From Anaerovoracaceae bacterium (GTDB lineage: Bacteria; Bacillota; Clostridia; Peptostreptococcales; Anaerovoracaceae), in the NCBI GenBank assembly GCA_047637815.1, contig JBLJBD010000058.1:1-55661 (forward strand): DNA of 55,661 bases, given 5' to 3'. The first letter of the stretch is position 1. Every line of letters starts with the position of its first letter. Under the pieces are notes generated by a model, which was not told the DNA's origin, ran no database searches, and saw only the letters and a list, made by a program, of their open reading frames with translations. Shown here in pieces: positions 55,250-55,661 of the stretch. A program made the position numbers and the translations under genes.

Positions 55250-55630
55250 TTATTCGGATGGGATGACCAGCAGCTCCGCCTTGCCGCGGATCCGGTTCTC
55301 AAATTGATGAATCAGTCCGTTCTCCTGAGGATTCTCTCCCGATTCACCCATAACGACATCCGTTATTTTGTTTTTTTCTACCAGCTCAACCAGGGTGTCC
55401 AGCACATGATTGGACCGGACCACGGTAAGGTTCGCACCATATTCCAGGGCCTTTTCATAGAGGTATTCTAATGCTTCCCCCTCCTCTGAACTTCCCAGGA
55501 ACTTAAATTCATAATGGGCCACATGGATGATGAAGAGTTCTCCCCGATTCTTCCCCAGAAGCTGATGGCCGTACCGGATCAGTCGGTCACAAGTCTTCTG
55601 CTGCGTGACGCACACCATAATATTTTTCAT
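55250..55630 (-). CDS. universal stress protein (UspA/KdpD-N-like) domain protein
   Basis: 126 aa with IMVCVTQQKTCDRLIRYG...LFIIHV...DVVMGESG, an Usp-like alpha/beta pattern. Confidence 0.6.
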   Translation of the reverse strand: MKNIMVCVTQQKTCDRLIRYGHQLLGKNRGELFIIHVAHYEFKFLGSSEEGEALEYLYEKALEYGANLTVVRSNHVLDTLVELVEKNKITDVVMGESGENPQENGLIHQFENRIRGKAELLVIPSE

Positions 55631-55661
55631 CTGACTCCCCTTTGTTTTCTAAGTTGTTTTC

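Noticed and set aside
1-55661. I scanned for CRISPR arrays, tRNA or rRNA genes, transposases or IS ends, prophage or known defence-system genes, and large direct or inverted repeats.
   Set aside because: None was found by eye. The only repeats are the short regulatory-scale ones reported at 45542-45604. A computational scan (tRNAscan-SE, Infernal, ISEScan, DefenseFinder) would be needed to be definitive.

Overview
This is a chromosomal segment from a low-to-mid GC Firmicute. The gene content looks Clostridia-like: split transketolase, CsaB/TagA cell-wall polymer genes, fhs-fchA-folD, LarB/LarC and a sigma-54 enhancer-binding protein. I support about 51 protein-coding genes, tightly packed and mostly on the minus strand, with many ATGA or short overlaps that indicate operons.

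Housekeeping content:
- Translation and replication: valS with a T-box leader, folC, rplS, rbgA, rnhB, xerD-like, addA.
- Central and amino-acid metabolism: gpmI, gdhA, rocF, and proB-proC placed divergent from proA.
- Transport, redox and envelope: mgtE, a trxA-ccdA-TlpA thiol-redox cluster, an ABC-F ATPase, a SulP transporter, and a CsaB/TagA secondary cell wall polymer cluster.

I saw no tRNA, rRNA, CRISPR array, transposase or prophage gene.

Most interesting loci:
1. A sigma-54 (-24/-12) promoter drives a BCCT-fold transporter that has lost the family Trp box, plus an agmatinase/guanidino-acid hydrolase family enzyme. A PAS-AAA+ RocR-like activator lies next to them. I read this as a candidate catabolic module for an unidentified guanidino compound.
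2. An orphan promoter-to-terminator unit encodes a ~105-nt RNA with four C-rich motifs in the proB/proA divergent intergenic region. It resembles the RsaE/RoxS sRNA architecture or could be a novel attenuator.
3. A secreted GH26-like protein is paired with a Sec-lipoprotein that fuses a GerMN-like domain to a PF12831-type FAD oxidoreductase.
4. larB plus a larC that stops at the LarC1/LarC2 boundary is appended to the C1-folate operon, with no larE or larA nearby.
5. A YprB-like exonuclease and a metallophosphoesterase are translationally coupled to proA.

All functional calls come from reading the supplied translations and the DNA by eye. No database search was run.
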